Shown: one piece after another, positions 1 through 11,078 of the stretch
Numbering within the stretch: the first letter of the stretch is position 1
How the letters are laid out: each line of letters starts with the position of its first letter
Source: an uncultured Chloroflexia bacterium
GTDB taxonomy: Bacteria > Chloroflexota > Anaerolineae > CG2-30-64-16
DNA: 64,000 bases
NCBI GenBank assembly: GCA_963774265.1
Contig: CAVZDU010000006.1
Coordinates: forward strand, 64,001 to 128,000
Direction of reading: 5' to 3'
Program-made: the position numbers and the translations under genes
Notes under the pieces: model-generated
The model's database searches: none
The model's input: only the letters and a program-made list of their open reading frames with translations
Told to the model about the DNA's origin: nothing

Positions 1-2812
1 GCGCTGGACGGGAAGACCGCGGGTTTCCTGGTCAAGATCGAGGAGCTGACCCCGGACCTCTCCAAGGTGCGGCTGTTCCATACGTCAGTAGCCCGTGCCA
101 TCGCGACATGGCCCGGCTGGTCTGAGTCCGGCTTCGCGGGCGACTTCGAAGAGTACGTCGCGCAGAAGTTCCCCTCCTCGACCGCGGCGGACTATGCCGT
201 GGTGGAGGCCGGGATCGTGAGCGAAGAGACCTATGTGGAACAAGGGCTGGCGTGGGAAAAACTGTACATGCCGCTCATCCGCTACATCCTGGAAGCCTAC
301 CAGCCCGACCTGGTGTTGGCCGGTTACCCGACGATCGACGAATTCCAGCACCAGTTCCTGGGCCTGGTCACGCCGACCCTGCCAAACGGGAAGCCGAACC
401 CGGCGTACGACGATGTGCAGGTGAACGGCACGCCGGATGGCCGTGTTTCCGTGCGCGAGCGCTTCCTGCGCCGCGCCTACCAGGGTGCGGACTCCACCCT
501 GTCTCTGGTCAATTCATTGATGCCGAAGCAGACGACCACGTTTGCGGCGTCGGATCACGGTTTTGCAGCGCAGTTCCTGGCCGTCGATGCCAGCAAGGTG
601 CTGGTGGATTTGGGGCTGCTGTCCAAACCGCAGACCTCCAACTGCCGCCCGGCGACCGGCGAGACGATCGGCAAGGCCAAGGCCTGTTGGGCCGGCGGGA
701 CCGTGCAGATCTACCTCAACCTGGCGGGACGTGATCCAGTCAACGCCAGTTTCCAGCAGGTGGCTGCCGCGGATGAAGCCACGACGGTCGCCGCGATCAA
801 GGCCGCGTTCCAGGCCCTGAGCGATCCGAACGACTGGACGGGCGACGGCCAGCCTGAGGGCTGGATGGTGATCGACCGGGTCTTCACCAAAGCAGAGGCG
901 CGCTACATTCCGAACGGCCCGGGCAGCACCGCGGACATGGCGCATCCCACCCGCACCGGCGACGTGGTTGCGTTCGCCTACCCGCCCTACCAGTTCGATG
1001 CCGCGACGCCCGGCACGCTGGTCGCGCTTTCAGCGTTCTTCGGACAGCACGGCTATGTGCCGGATGTCCAGAACCTTGCCGCGAACATCAACATGCGCGC
1101 TACGTTCATCGCGGGCGGGCAGAACATCGCCAAGGGCGAATTCAGCGGCATTCGCACCATCGACCTGGCGCCGACCGTGGCCTTCCTGATGGGCGTTCCG
1201 ATGCCGCAGCACTCGCAAGGCCGGGTGCTGACGGAGATCGTGCGCGGCGGCGAGCGCTACAAGGCCATCAGCGTGATCGGGCTGAACGACTTCCACGGGC
1301 AGTTGGAGCCAACCACCCGGACGATCGACAATATAAACGTCCCGGTCGGCGGTGCGGCGCAACTGGGCACGCTGTTTGACGAGGAAGCCGCTCAATTGCC
1401 CGGGCCCGCACTGCTCCTCGCCGCGGGCGACAACGTCGGCGCGTCGCCCGCGAACTCGGGCCTGTTGAAAGACATGCCCGCGATCGATGTGGAGAACGCA
1501 TGGGGCCTGGACGCGACCGCGTTCGGCAACCACGAGTTCGATTACGGCGTCGCCCGGCTGCAAGAGCAGATCGCACGCGCGAACTTCCCCTTCCTCGGGG
1601 TGAATATCGTCGAGGAAAGCACCGGCCAACATCCGGACTGGGTGAAGTCCAGCGAGGTCTTCACGGTCAACGGCGTAAAGGTGGGCGTTATCGGCGTGGG
1701 CCTGGAGAACACGCCCGAGCTCGTCTCCGCGAGCGCCACTGCGGGGCTCAGATTCCTCCCCGCGATCGAGACCATCCAGCGCGGAATCCGAGCGGCTGCG
1801 CCAACAAGGCGTTCGCGTGCAGATCGTGGCGATCCACGAAGGGCCGAGCCTCGGCGATAACGCGGTCGATGGCAGCGCCGCAGTTCCGTGGGAAGGCCCG
1901 GTGATCACGATCGTCGAGGGCTTGCAGGATACGACGGTCGACATGGTCCTGGCAGGGCACACCCACAAGATCGCCAACACCATGGTCGGCAGAATCCTGG
2001 TCACCGAAGGGCTCAATGCCGGTGCGACCTACTCCGTCGCGCAGATGCTGGTGACCGGGGGCGATGTCGCGTGGGCCGGCGCCGCGAACCGGGTGGCCAA
2101 GAACCTGGGCGTGGCGCAGCGCCCCGATGTGAAGGCCATCGTCGACGACGCGAACGCACAGGTGGCCGTCCTTGCGAATGTGGTCATCGGCACGCAGCAG
2201 TTTGACATCAAGCGTGGTCCGACGCGGCTGTTTGAATCGGCGATGGGCAACATGGTGGCGGACGCGGTGCGCTCGTCGTACGCGGGCCTGGAGGCAACTT
2301 ATACCAACTCGGGCGGCCTGCGCGCCGGACCTGAACTGCGCGCCGCCGAGCGCGGGCGAGCAGCCCTGCGAGATTACGTGGGGCGAGATGTTCTCCGTGC
2401 TGCCGTTCGGCAACCGGACCGTGATCCTGACGCTGACCGGCGCGCAGCTGGAGCAGGCGTTCCTGAACGGCTTCTCGCCGGACTGCGACACGCGCCATCG
2501 CGACCGGCCGCTTCCCGCAGATCTCGGGGCTCAAGGTCACCTACACCTGCAACGGCACGACCCCGGTGGTGACCGGCATGTGGAAGACGCCGCAGGGCAT
2601 CTTGGGACCGGCCACCCCGATCGGGCCGGCGGACACCGTCCGCCTCGTCACACTTCGACTTTATGTACACCGGCGGTGACGGATACACCGTGTTCACTCA
2701 GGCGACGAACGTCCTGCAGCCCGGCGACGACCTGCTCCAGCTGGCGGTGAACTACGTCGCGGACAATTCGCCGGTCGGCCCGGTGGTGGATGGGCGCATC
2801 GTCAAACAGTAA
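1..2812 (+). CDS. Alkaline-phosphatase-superfamily (nucleotide pyrophosphatase/phosphodiesterase) domain fused to 5'-nucleotidase; 5'-partial, with frameshifts near 1790, 2325, 2490 and 2650
   Basis: Frame open from base 1. Phosphodiesterase-like motifs DEFQHQF, ASDHGF, GQHGY, IDLAPT; metallophosphoesterase motifs [29 protein letters not shown]; 5'-nucleotidase C-domain [21 protein letters not shown]. Stop TAA at 2810-2812. Confidence 0.85.
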
Positions 2813-2838
2813 GCCCTGACTGAATCAGTCACACACGG

Positions 2839-2880
2839 AGAAGGCCGGCTCCTCGACAAGAAGCCGGCCTTCTTTCATTT
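2839..2880 (+). terminator. Intrinsic terminator between convergent genes
   Basis: Stem AGAAGGCCGGCT (2839-2850) pairs with AGCCGGCCTTCT (2862-2873), followed by a T-rich tail. Confidence 0.75.
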
Positions 2881-2912
2881 GCGGCCCCGGAACCAACCGG
2901 CGATCGCACCTC

Positions 2913-4127
2913 TCAGGGTTGATTCGGCCCCAACACCCGCCTCGCGATCTCCACGGTGTCGAGCGCGATCATGCGCTCCTCGTTGGTGGCAACCACCAGC
3001 GCCTTGGCACGGGAAGCGGACGGACTGATGACCGCATCACCCCGTGCCGCAGCGTTGAGCACATCATCCACGACCAACCCGAGGAAACCGAGCCCCTCAC
3101 AGGAGAGCTTGCGCACGTCGGGTGAATTCTCTCCGATGCCGGCCGTGAAAACGACTGCATCAAGCCCGCCCATCGCCGCGGCGTAGGAGCCGATATAGCT
3201 GCGCACCCGGTAGGCGAACATGTCCAGGGCCAGCCGGCACCGGTCGTTGCCCGCCTGGGCCTGCTCGACGATTACGCGCATATCGTTGCTCACGCCCGAG
3301 ACCCCCAGCAACCCACTTTCGCGGTAGTAAAGCCGCTCGACCTGGTCCAGCGTCATGCCCAGGTCGCGGACCAAATAGAAAACCAGGCCCGGATCGATGT
3401 CGCCGGTGCGCGTGCCCATCATAACCCCGCCAAAGGTCGCGAAGCCGATGCTGGTATCGACCGACTTGCCGCCGTCCACCGCTGCGATCGTGACGCCATT
3501 GCCCAGGTGGCAGATCACCATCTTGAGTGCATCGAGTGGTCGATCCAGGATTTGAGCGGCGCGCCTCGCCACGTAACGGCACGATGTGCCGTGGAAGCCG
3601 TACTTGCGGATCTTATGCCGCGTGTAGTATTCGAGCGGGATGGCGTACAGGTAAGCCGGCCGCGGCATCGTCTGGTGAAATGAGGTGTCGAAGACAGCCA
3701 CGTGTGGAGCATGCGGGAAGAGCTTCTGTCCCTCGTAGATACCGATCAGGTTCGGCGGGTTGTGGAGCGGCGCGAGGGGCACGCACTCCTCCAGCTTGGC
3801 GATGACCTCGGGGGTAATCAGGGTGGACTCAAGGAAGACGTCTGCCCCGTGCACCGCGCGATGTCCGACCGCGGTGACCTCATCGGTGCTCCGGATGGCC
3901 CCCCGCCCGGGATCAAGAAGCGCTTCGACCAGCAGCTCGAATGCATCGTGATGGTCGTGCACCACCACGTCGCGACGGAAGGACGTGGCTGCGGTCTCCT
4001 GGCTGATATAAGAGCCTACCTCGCCCAGCCGTGCTACGATGCCCTTCGCGTGCACGACCTCGACTGCTTCGTCGAAGAGCTGGTATTTAATGGTGGAGCT
4101 ACCGGAGTTGATCACCAGGATTTTCAT
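2913..4127 (-). CDS. ackA: Acetate/propionate kinase (PduW-equivalent)
   Basis: [68 protein letters not shown] motifs. Confidence 0.93.
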   Translation of the reverse strand: MKILVINSGSSTIKYQLFDEAVEVVHAKGIVARLGEVGSYISQETAATSFRRDVVVHDHHDAFELLVEALLDPGRGAIRSTDEVTAVGHRAVHGADVFLESTLITPEVIAKLEECVPLAPLHNPPNLIGIYEGQKLFPHAPHVAVFDTSFHQTMPRPAYLYAIPLEYYTRHKIRKYGFHGTSCRYVARRAAQILDRPLDALKMVICHLGNGVTIAAVDGGKSVDTSIGFATFGGVMMGTRTGDIDPGLVFYLVRDLGMTLDQVERLYYRESGLLGVSGVSNDMRVIVEQAQAGNDRCRLALDMFAYRVRSYIGSYAAAMGGLDAVVFTAGIGENSPDVRKLSCEGLGFLGLVVDDVLNAAARGDAVISPSASRAKALVVATNEERMIALDTVEIARRVLGPNQP

Positions 4128-5733
4128 GGACAGCCATCCTGTTCGGGAAATCGCGCGCCCGGCGGCGGTAGACCAGGGGGGTCATCCCGGTCTCGCGCCG
4201 GAAGACCCGGTAAAAATAGGTCGGGTCATCATACCCTGCCTGCCCTGCAACGGCGGCGACCTTGAGGTCTGTCTCGGCCAGCAGGCGCTTGGCTTCCTCC
4301 ATGCGCAACGTAGTGAGGTAGCGCACAAAGCTCGCGCCTACCTGGGTGTGCAGGAGATGGGCCAGGTGCGACGCGCTGACGTTGGCGACGGAGGCCACGT
4401 CTTTCAACTGGAGGTCGGGCCTACGGAAATTTTCCGTCAGGAACTGCACGGCGCGCTCGACGACGTTATCCTTGGCTGCGACAGGCGCGATTTGGCCCTT
4501 GAGCAGCTTGAGACTCTCCTGCGCCCAGGCGCGCAACGCCACGGCGCTGCGCAGGCCGTTGAGAGCCACGATGCGCTGGTGGGCGATCCGCAGCACCGGT
4601 TCGAACGGCGCCCCGGCATCGATGGCGGCGCGCGAGGTCAGCGTGATCAGCTCGGCAAAGCGGGTGTGCACCATTTCGGGCGGATCGCATGGCAGCTCCA
4701 ACAGGTAGTCAACCAGTTGGTCCAGCACCCTGCTGCACTGCTCCAGGTCGCCCACGCGCATCTGATACAGCAGCGCCCGCTCCGCTGCCATTGGGTAGGG
4801 CTGTGGCGCTCGATCCGTCCTCCGCGTGTCATCCACGTGGACGACGCTGTTGCCGCCCGACGCGAGCCGCAGCCACTGGGCACGCTGCGCCTCGGAATAG
4901 GAGACCGGCGCCAGGTCCAGTGTCGGATAGCGACGCCCGATGGTGACGGTGGCCGTGACCGGCGCGCCCGACTCGACGGCGACGCGAATCCGGTGCCCCA
5001 GTTCTTTCAGCCGCGCCGTGCTCGCCAACGGGCCTTCGGCCGAGATCACCACAATCGCCTGGCCCGCCTCAACGTCGGCCACCAGCGCGGTGGGCACATC
5101 AGCCACGGCGCGGCGCACGATGTCGCCGAGCAGCCCCGCAGGCTGCACACCGGGGTCCGGGTCGTGGCGATCGACAGTCACCACCATGACCGCCGGCCAA
5201 CTGATCTCTTTCCCGAGGTAGGCCTCCAGCTGCTCCGTCATCTGGCGCGGCGGCGTGTCTCCCTTCACCATCGAGAGGACCAGACGCGCTTCTACCAGGG
5301 GCAAGGCGGCCTGCAGCCGGAGCCGGGTTTCGACGGTGGAGTGGCGGCTTTTATGTTCCTCCGCGACCTGTGTTCTGATGCGGGAGAGGGTCTCGATCAG
5401 TACGCTCGGCCTGACAGGTTTCAAAAGGTAGTCCACGGCGCCCAGGCGCAGCGCCTCTTGCGAAAATTCGAATTCGTCATAGGCGGTCAGGATCACCACC
5501 TTGACGCCGGGCTGCTGGGCGCGAATTGCACGCGTGGCTTCCAACCCGTCCATACCGGGCATCCGGACATCCATCAGAATGATATCGGGGTGCATCTGCT
5601 GCGCCAGGGTCACAGCTTCCTGCCCTGTGTGCGCCTCGCCAACGGGCCCCAGGTCCAACCCGGCGCTCCCGACGACGCTGCGTATCGTCTCGCGGACGAT
5701 GTCTTCGTCGTCGGCGATTAGCAGGCCTGGCAT
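4099..5733 (-). CDS. Two-component response regulator, receiver domain plus C-terminal AraC HTH (YesN-like)
   Basis: [24 protein letters not shown] in the receiver; C-terminal RMEEAKRLL...[25 protein letters not shown]. Confidence 0.9.
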   Translation of the reverse strand: MPGLLIADDEDIVRETIRSVVGSAGLDLGPVGEAHTGQEAVTLAQQMHPDIILMDVRMPGMDGLEATRAIRAQQPGVKVVILTAYDEFEFSQEALRLGAVDYLLKPVRPSVLIETLSRIRTQVAEEHKSRHSTVETRLRLQAALPLVEARLVLSMVKGDTPPRQMTEQLEAYLGKEISWPAVMVVTVDRHDPDPGVQPAGLLGDIVRRAVADVPTALVADVEAGQAIVVISAEGPLASTARLKELGHRIRVAVESGAPVTATVTIGRRYPTLDLAPVSYSEAQRAQWLRLASGGNSVVHVDDTRRTDRAPQPYPMAAERALLYQMRVGDLEQCSRVLDQLVDYLLELPCDPPEMVHTRFAELITLTSRAAIDAGAPFEPVLRIAHQRIVALNGLRSAVALRAWAQESLKLLKGQIAPVAAKDNVVERAVQFLTENFRRPDLQLKDVASVANVSASHLAHLLHTQVGASFVRYLTTLRMEEAKRLLAETDLKVAAVAGQAGYDDPTYFYRVFRRETGMTPLVYRRRARDFPNRMAVHENPGDQLR

Positions 5734-5735
5734 CC

Positions 5736-6998
5736 CTATTCCTCCGGTCCGGAGCCCTGCGCTTGCGGCGGGTCCAACGGCAGGCGGATGGTCACCCGTG
5801 TGCCGCGTCCCGGCGTGCTGTTAACGTCGATGCTGCCGCGGGCGCCATACTCGAGCTCGAGCCGGCGGATCACGTTGGTGAGGCCCACCGCATGTCCGAG
5901 CTGGGAAGCGAACCGGCGCGTCTGAATGGCATCCAGGATTTCCGACTCCATGCCCGCGCCGTCGTCGCTGACCTCGAGGACAAGACCCCCGGCGCCGCTC
6001 GTTGCGCGGACGACCAGGGTCACGGTCCGGGCCAGCGGTTCCACGGCGTGAACGATCGCGTTCTCGACCAGCGGCTGCAGCAGCATGCACGGGATGCGCA
6101 CGTTCTCGAGGGTCGTGTCGACGTCCACCTCCACGTTGACCCGCGCGCCGAAGCGCAGCTTTTGGATGGCCAGATAACGCTGAACGGCCTCCACCTCTTG
6201 CCCCAGCGTCACCGGCGTGGCCAGGTTCCGCAGGCTGTAACGCAGCAGATCGGTCAGGCAGTACGAGATGTCCTCGGTCTGCCGGGCATTCTCGCGCAAT
6301 GCGGTGTAACTGATCAGGCCGAGCGCGTTGAAGAGGAAATGGGGGTTGATCTGCGACTCGAGCGTGCGCAACTGCGATTCCTGCAGCGCAGCCTGCAATG
6401 CCGCCGCGCGCTTCGTCTCTTCCAGCAGCGCGGCCTGGGTCAGGTTGACGACCCCCATCTCGACGATGTAGTTGGCGACCTGGAAGAGCATCTCAGCGGC
6501 CGCATCGATGCGTTCGCGCGGCGCGCTAGGGGTCTCGCGGGCGGCATCCTCCAGTGTGCGCAAGGGGATGCCCAGGCCGGCGTTGCGCTCCACCATCCCG
6601 GCCACAAACTCATCGCGCTGTCCCGCGGGCACCACCTGGCCGCAAAGGATACAGCCCAGGTAGTCCCCCTCGATGATGATCGGCGCGGCAATGTCGATCA
6701 GCCCACCCTTGCAGACGTAGGAGTATGGGCCCCGGCGCGCCCTGGCCGCCATGCCCCCCTCGGCGTCGCATTCCATGCAGCGTCGCAGCCCGGCACTGGT
6801 CTCCCGGATCAGGCGGCACACGCGCACGAAGCCGCTATCGCGAGTCACGGGTATGCCGACACGGTCGACGATGACGGCGCCAAACCCCATCGCTTTGGCG
6901 AAGGTATCCTGGATGCGCTGCAGGACCGCGACATCGACGGTATCGGCCAGGTCAAGGCCCCCGGGGCCTCTGGTGCGAAAGTGACTGAGCAAGGCCAA
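5736..6998 (-). CDS. Soluble sensor histidine kinase with N-terminal PocR ligand-binding domain (LytS/YesM-type kinase core)
   Basis: PocR-like [13 protein letters not shown]...C...RC..CD...[27 protein letters not shown]; [12 protein letters not shown]; [12 protein letters not shown]; DDGAG; GLTNV; STPGRGT. No TM segments. Confidence 0.9.
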   Translation of the reverse strand: MALLSHFRTRGPGGLDLADTVDVAVLQRIQDTFAKAMGFGAVIVDRVGIPVTRDSGFVRVCRLIRETSAGLRRCMECDAEGGMAARARRGPYSYVCKGGLIDIAAPIIIEGDYLGCILCGQVVPAGQRDEFVAGMVERNAGLGIPLRTLEDAARETPSAPRERIDAAAEMLFQVANYIVEMGVVNLTQAALLEETKRAAALQAALQESQLRTLESQINPHFLFNALGLISYTALRENARQTEDISYCLTDLLRYSLRNLATPVTLGQEVEAVQRYLAIQKLRFGARVNVEVDVDTTLENVRIPCMLLQPLVENAIVHAVEPLARTVTLVVRATSGAGGLVLEVSDDGAGMESEILDAIQTRRFASQLGHAVGLTNVIRRLELEYGARGSIDVNSTPGRGTRVTIRLPLDPPQAQGSGPEE

Positions 6999-7217
6999 AC
7001 TCCTAACGGGACGGCAGATGCTTCCGAGGGGCGACCCGCGGGCTGGCAGGATGTGAGAGTGCCGTACAACGCGATATTATCACTGTGGAGGGGCCAGCGC
7101 AAGGGCATGCGCCGCGCCCATCCCTATAATGGGTCGGGCAGCGCCTGCAATCAAGCGCTGCCCGACGCTGGCAGGGGTCAGGATGACCCTACGATGGACC
7201 AGAAACCTTCGGGCCCG

Positions 7218-7718
7218 CTACTTCTTGTCCGGCACGACGAGATTGGTGATCCACATGGAAAGCCATCCCAGGAGAATGCCGCAGAGCAGCGGGATCATGG
7301 TGGCGATCGTGGTCACCCACGGGCCGGTGCCACCCCCACTGACGCCGAACCAGCATGCAGCGCCGCAGAAGCCGGCCGGGACGGCGGCCCATAGCTTGTT
7401 GACCCCGCTCAGCGCGGTCAACGGCCATGCGATGAGGACGACGAAGATGCCCAACCAGATGAAGGCCGGGTCGTTGAACTTCAGCAGGCCGTAGATCCAG
7501 ATAAACAATCCGCTCAGGATGGCGCCCGTCCACAGCTGGATCGTGCCCTTCTTCATGGCATCGGTGTTAGCGCCAAGATAGAAGAACGCCGCCCAGCCCA
7601 CGAACGTGGGCCAGAGTACGAACGGTATGGAGCCAAAGGCCTTGACGTTGAGAACGATGACAGTCCAGATGCCGGCCAGCACGGCGATGCTGGTGGCCAA
7701 AACGAGAGTCTTTTTCAC
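7218..7718 (-). CDS. DUF1097-like polytopic membrane protein
   Basis: GTG at 7718 follows an AGGAG RBS; about 6 hydrophobic segments; WPTFVGWAAFF and PAGFCGAACWFG motifs typical of DUF1097/YcdZ. Confidence 0.65.
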   Translation of the reverse strand: MKKTLVLATSIAVLAGIWTVIVLNVKAFGSIPFVLWPTFVGWAAFFYLGANTDAMKKGTIQLWTGAILSGLFIWIYGLLKFNDPAFIWLGIFVVLIAWPLTALSGVNKLWAAVPAGFCGAACWFGVSGGGTGPWVTTIATMIPLLCGILLGWLSMWITNLVVPDKK

Positions 7719-7863
7719 CTGAATGCTCCTTTTCCCTTCCTTGGGATCTGAATGAATGCGTCGTCGGCCAGTCGTTGCCAGGCTCCCGGGCTGGCCGCAC
7801 CCGGGAGCCCCAAGCTGCCGCCGGACGTGGCACGTCCGGCGTTCCACTTTTCAAACGCGTTTT

Positions 7864-8997
7864 TTAGTGCATGGCCTCAAACGTCGCCGGTTTCTTGCCG
7901 GTGCGAGCGAGGTAGGCGCGGCCGAGAGCGTCGGCGCCCTTGATTGCGGCGGCGATGTCGGCCACACAGGTGCTGCACGGCTCATTGTTGATTATGCCGC
8001 TGACGTTGTTGGCCACCAGCATGACCTTGTCATCCAGCGCCTTACCCGTCGACTTGACGCCCATTTCCGCGAGGGTGACCGGCAGCCCGACATCGGTGCA
8101 GAAGTCCAGCACCTCTTCGATCTCGTCCAGTTCGCGGTTCTCGAGGACAAGCTGAGTGAGGGTGCCGAAGGCAACCTTCTCGCCGTGGAACAGGTGATGG
8201 CACTCGGGCAGGGCCGTGAAGCCGTCATGCACAGCATGGGCGCCCGCCAGCCCCGAGCTCTCGAAGCCGAGGCCGCTCAGGAGGGTATTGGCCTCCATGA
8301 TGGCGTTCATGGCGGGGGTCGCCGCGTGCACCTCTGCCGCGGCCTTGGCCTGGCGGCCGAAGCGCATCAGCAGATCGAAGCACAGGTGGGCCAACGCCAG
8401 GGCCGCTTCGGTGGAATCGCCGCCCGGCATGTTCTTGGCGCGGGACTTGCGGCAGGCGTCCGCCTCGAACCAGGTGGCGAGGCCGTCGCCCATGCCGGCC
8501 ACCAGGAAGCGGGCCGGCGCCTTGGCGATCAGCTCGGAGTCCACCACCACCAGGTTGGGGTTCTGGGGCAGGACGTAGTACGACTCGAATACGTGGTCTT
8601 CGGTGTAGGTCACGGTCAACGCGCTGCAGGGTGCATCGGTCGACGCGATGGTCGGGATCACTACCACCGGGATCTTGTTCTCGTGGGCCACAGCCTTGCC
8701 GGTGTCGATGCACTTGCCGCCGCCGACCGCCAGCACCACGGTGCCGCCCTGGGCCTTGACGACCGCGTTGACGCGGTCGATCTCTTTGCGCGAGACCTCG
8801 CCCTGGAACTGTTCGAAATGCACTTTGACGCCGGCATCGGCGAGGGCCTTATTCAGATCCTCTTTGACCACGGCGTAGCCGGATTTGCTGCCCAGGATCA
8901 CGGCGTTCATGCCGAGTGCAGCAACGTGAGGGCCGACCTCGCGGATGGCCCCGGGGCCCTGCATGTACTTCGAGGGCGCGATCATGATTTGTGCCAT
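7864..8997 (-). CDS. gldA: Glycerol dehydrogenase (Zn-dependent type III ADH; GldA/DhaD)
   Basis: Start MAQIMIAPSKYMQG after GGAGG; GGGKCIDTGK, PTIASTDAPCS, AGMGDGLATWFEA, NTLLSGLGFESSGLAGAHAVHDG, HGEKVAFG. Confidence 0.92.
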   Translation of the reverse strand: MAQIMIAPSKYMQGPGAIREVGPHVAALGMNAVILGSKSGYAVVKEDLNKALADAGVKVHFEQFQGEVSRKEIDRVNAVVKAQGGTVVLAVGGGKCIDTGKAVAHENKIPVVVIPTIASTDAPCSALTVTYTEDHVFESYYVLPQNPNLVVVDSELIAKAPARFLVAGMGDGLATWFEADACRKSRAKNMPGGDSTEAALALAHLCFDLLMRFGRQAKAAAEVHAATPAMNAIMEANTLLSGLGFESSGLAGAHAVHDGFTALPECHHLFHGEKVAFGTLTQLVLENRELDEIEEVLDFCTDVGLPVTLAEMGVKSTGKALDDKVMLVANNVSGIINNEPCSTCVADIAAAIKGADALGRAYLARTGKKPATFEAMH

Positions 8998-9163
8998 TGT
9001 GATAAGCCTCCCTGCTATGATTTGGTCACCGCACATGGTGACCTGACGATAGATTCGACGTGGCTCCCGCACGGGACCATCGACATGCCGTCTTACGCGC
9101 TTCGGCTGCTCCTCTGAGCGATCACCCCCCTTCACCAATCTTCGCGCCGACGCCGGCCCGATC

Positions 9164-9712
9164 CTACAACAGCTTCTCCACCAGATCGCGGTGCGGCGAG
9201 GGAATCACGACGTACGACTCGATCACGCCTTCGTCCTTCAGGAGATTCACGGCGCTGTCGACCGCAGATCGGACCGACGACACGTCGCCGCTAAAGATCG
9301 CAAATGCCTTCCCGCCCAGCGCAAACGGCAGCCGGATCTCCAGCAGGTCGATCTGCGCGGCCTTCACCGCCGTGTCTGCGGCCACGATGGCTGCGGCCAG
9401 AGTGAAGGTCTCGATCACACCCAGGGAGCGGACCTGGGACACCTCCGTGGTCGCGGTCAGCGCCGGGAAGATGGCCGGATGGGCGTTGGGCAGGACGAAG
9501 GTGTCCACGATGACGCCGGGCGCGATCGTCTCGCCGGCCGCCACGGCGCTGCGCACAGCGCCAACATCGCCGGCAATGAGGATGACGTACTTGCCCGGGC
9601 AGACCACATGCGCCCGCAATAGCTCCACGTCCGCGGCCTTGAGCATCGCATCCGTGGTTAGAATGCCCCGGGCAATGCTGCGCAGCTCGATCAATCCGAT
9701 GGATCGTTTCAC
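9164..9712 (-). CDS. pduT: BMC-T shell protein PduT (Fe-S-binding pore Cys)
   Basis: Tandem BMC domains: SIGLIELRSIARG..TDAMLKAA, CPGKY (pore Cys), LGVIETF...AADTAVKAA...LGGK. GTG start at 9712. Confidence 0.9.
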   Translation of the reverse strand: MKRSIGLIELRSIARGILTTDAMLKAADVELLRAHVVCPGKYVILIAGDVGAVRSAVAAGETIAPGVIVDTFVLPNAHPAIFPALTATTEVSQVRSLGVIETFTLAAAIVAADTAVKAAQIDLLEIRLPFALGGKAFAIFSGDVSSVRSAVDSAVNLLKDEGVIESYVVIPSPHRDLVEKLL

Positions 9713-9722
9713 GCGTAACCCC

Positions 9723-11051
9723 CTAGGATGCGTCGATGACGACGGCATCTGATACTTCGGTCACGACGCCGGCGATACTGGCATGGACGCGCGCGCCCAT
9801 GACCCCCTCAGCGACGTCGGCCACCATCTCCCCGGCTTGCACGCGGTCACCCACACGGACCGTAGGCCGGGCCGGCGCGCCGACGTGCTGCTTGAGCAGC
9901 AGGCGCACCCGCCGGAAATCGGCCCCCTGGAGCTCCGTCAGCGGTGCGGGCAGGTCATAGCGCGAGAGCTGCAACCGGGCGATCAGCCGCAGGATGGGCA
10001 CTCTGCGCAGATCCCGGTAGGGATCCGGATCGGTCTCGCGATGGTACGGGTTCGTGAGCCCCGCTTTCTGGAGCTGGCGCTTCACGCTGATGGCGATGTT
10101 GCCGGGCTTCAGGTGTACGGGACAGATGTAGTTGCAGGTGCGGCACTCACAGCAAAGGAATGCGCCCGCCAGCTGTGGATCGGTCACCGGCATCCCGGCC
10201 CCCAGCATCAGGATGAGCTTATGCGGCTCGATGGCGTGCCCGAGCTCGTGGCGCGGGCAGAAATCGGTGCACATGAAGCACTGGTCACAGGAGGAGGTGG
10301 CCTGGCGGACGAATTGCGCCCGAGGTTGCAGCCTCAGGTTGCTGACATAGTGATCGCGGGGCAGCACCAGGAGCATCTTGGTCGTCTTGGTGACCGGGTC
10401 ATCCAGCCCCCCCGCCACGCTGCCGGTCATGGCGCCGCCCACCAGCACCACCGGATCCGCCACGCGCGAGCCGCCGGCCAGGTCGATGACCTCAGCCAGG
10501 GTGATGCCTACCGGGACGCGGACCGTGAGCGGGTGGGGCACCTCGCCCTGCACCGTGATGTACTTCTGCGTTACAGGCACGCCATCCAGCGCGTGGGCTA
10601 CGTTGATCAGCGTCTCGATGTTCTGGACCATCGCGCCGACCTGCAGTGGCAGGCCCCCTTCCGGGATCACGCGGCCCAGCACGTCGTAGACCAGCACGAA
10701 CTCGTCACCCGCGGGGTAGAAGTTGCCCAACTCCTGCACCATGACGGTTCCCCCGGCTGGCAGGGCGGCCGACACCGCGCCGATGGCCTTCGTGTACCGC
10801 TGCTTGATGCCGATCACCGCCCGCGCGGCGCCCGCGGCTTGAACCGTCGCCTCGACGCCGCGCAGCAGGGCCGGCACGTGTTCGATCATCAGCTCCTGGT
10901 CGACGTGCACCAGCGGCTCGCATTCCGCGCCATTAGCGATGACCACCTCGGCCCGGTTGGCCAGTTTCAGGTGCGTGGGGAAGCCGGCGCCCCCGGCGCC
11001 CACAACGCCTGCCTGCCTGACTTTCTCCACTATCTCAGCCGCTTGAACCAC
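9723..11051 (-). CDS. pduS: Cobalamin reductase PduS (RnfC-like Fe-S flavoprotein)
   Basis: GVVGAGGAGFPTH, NGAECEPL, YPAGDE, CDQCFMCTDFCP, CCECRTC...CP, LKQHVGAPA, VHASIAG. Confidence 0.92.
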   Translation of the reverse strand: MVQAAEIVEKVRQAGVVGAGGAGFPTHLKLANRAEVVIANGAECEPLVHVDQELMIEHVPALLRGVEATVQAAGAARAVIGIKQRYTKAIGAVSAALPAGGTVMVQELGNFYPAGDEFVLVYDVLGRVIPEGGLPLQVGAMVQNIETLINVAHALDGVPVTQKYITVQGEVPHPLTVRVPVGITLAEVIDLAGGSRVADPVVLVGGAMTGSVAGGLDDPVTKTTKMLLVLPRDHYVSNLRLQPRAQFVRQATSSCDQCFMCTDFCPRHELGHAIEPHKLILMLGAGMPVTDPQLAGAFLCCECRTCNYICPVHLKPGNIAISVKRQLQKAGLTNPYHRETDPDPYRDLRRVPILRLIARLQLSRYDLPAPLTELQGADFRRVRLLLKQHVGAPARPTVRVGDRVQAGEMVADVAEGVMGARVHASIAGVVTEVSDAVVIDAS

Positions 11052-11078
11052 GATACGCTCCTATGCGGTGCCGGTCCC

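Noticed and set aside
7718-9138. Long N-terminal extensions on gldA and DUF1097 in the ORF track, read as encapsulation peptides
   Set aside because: RBS-supported starts are at 8997 and 7718; the extensions are open intergenic frame.
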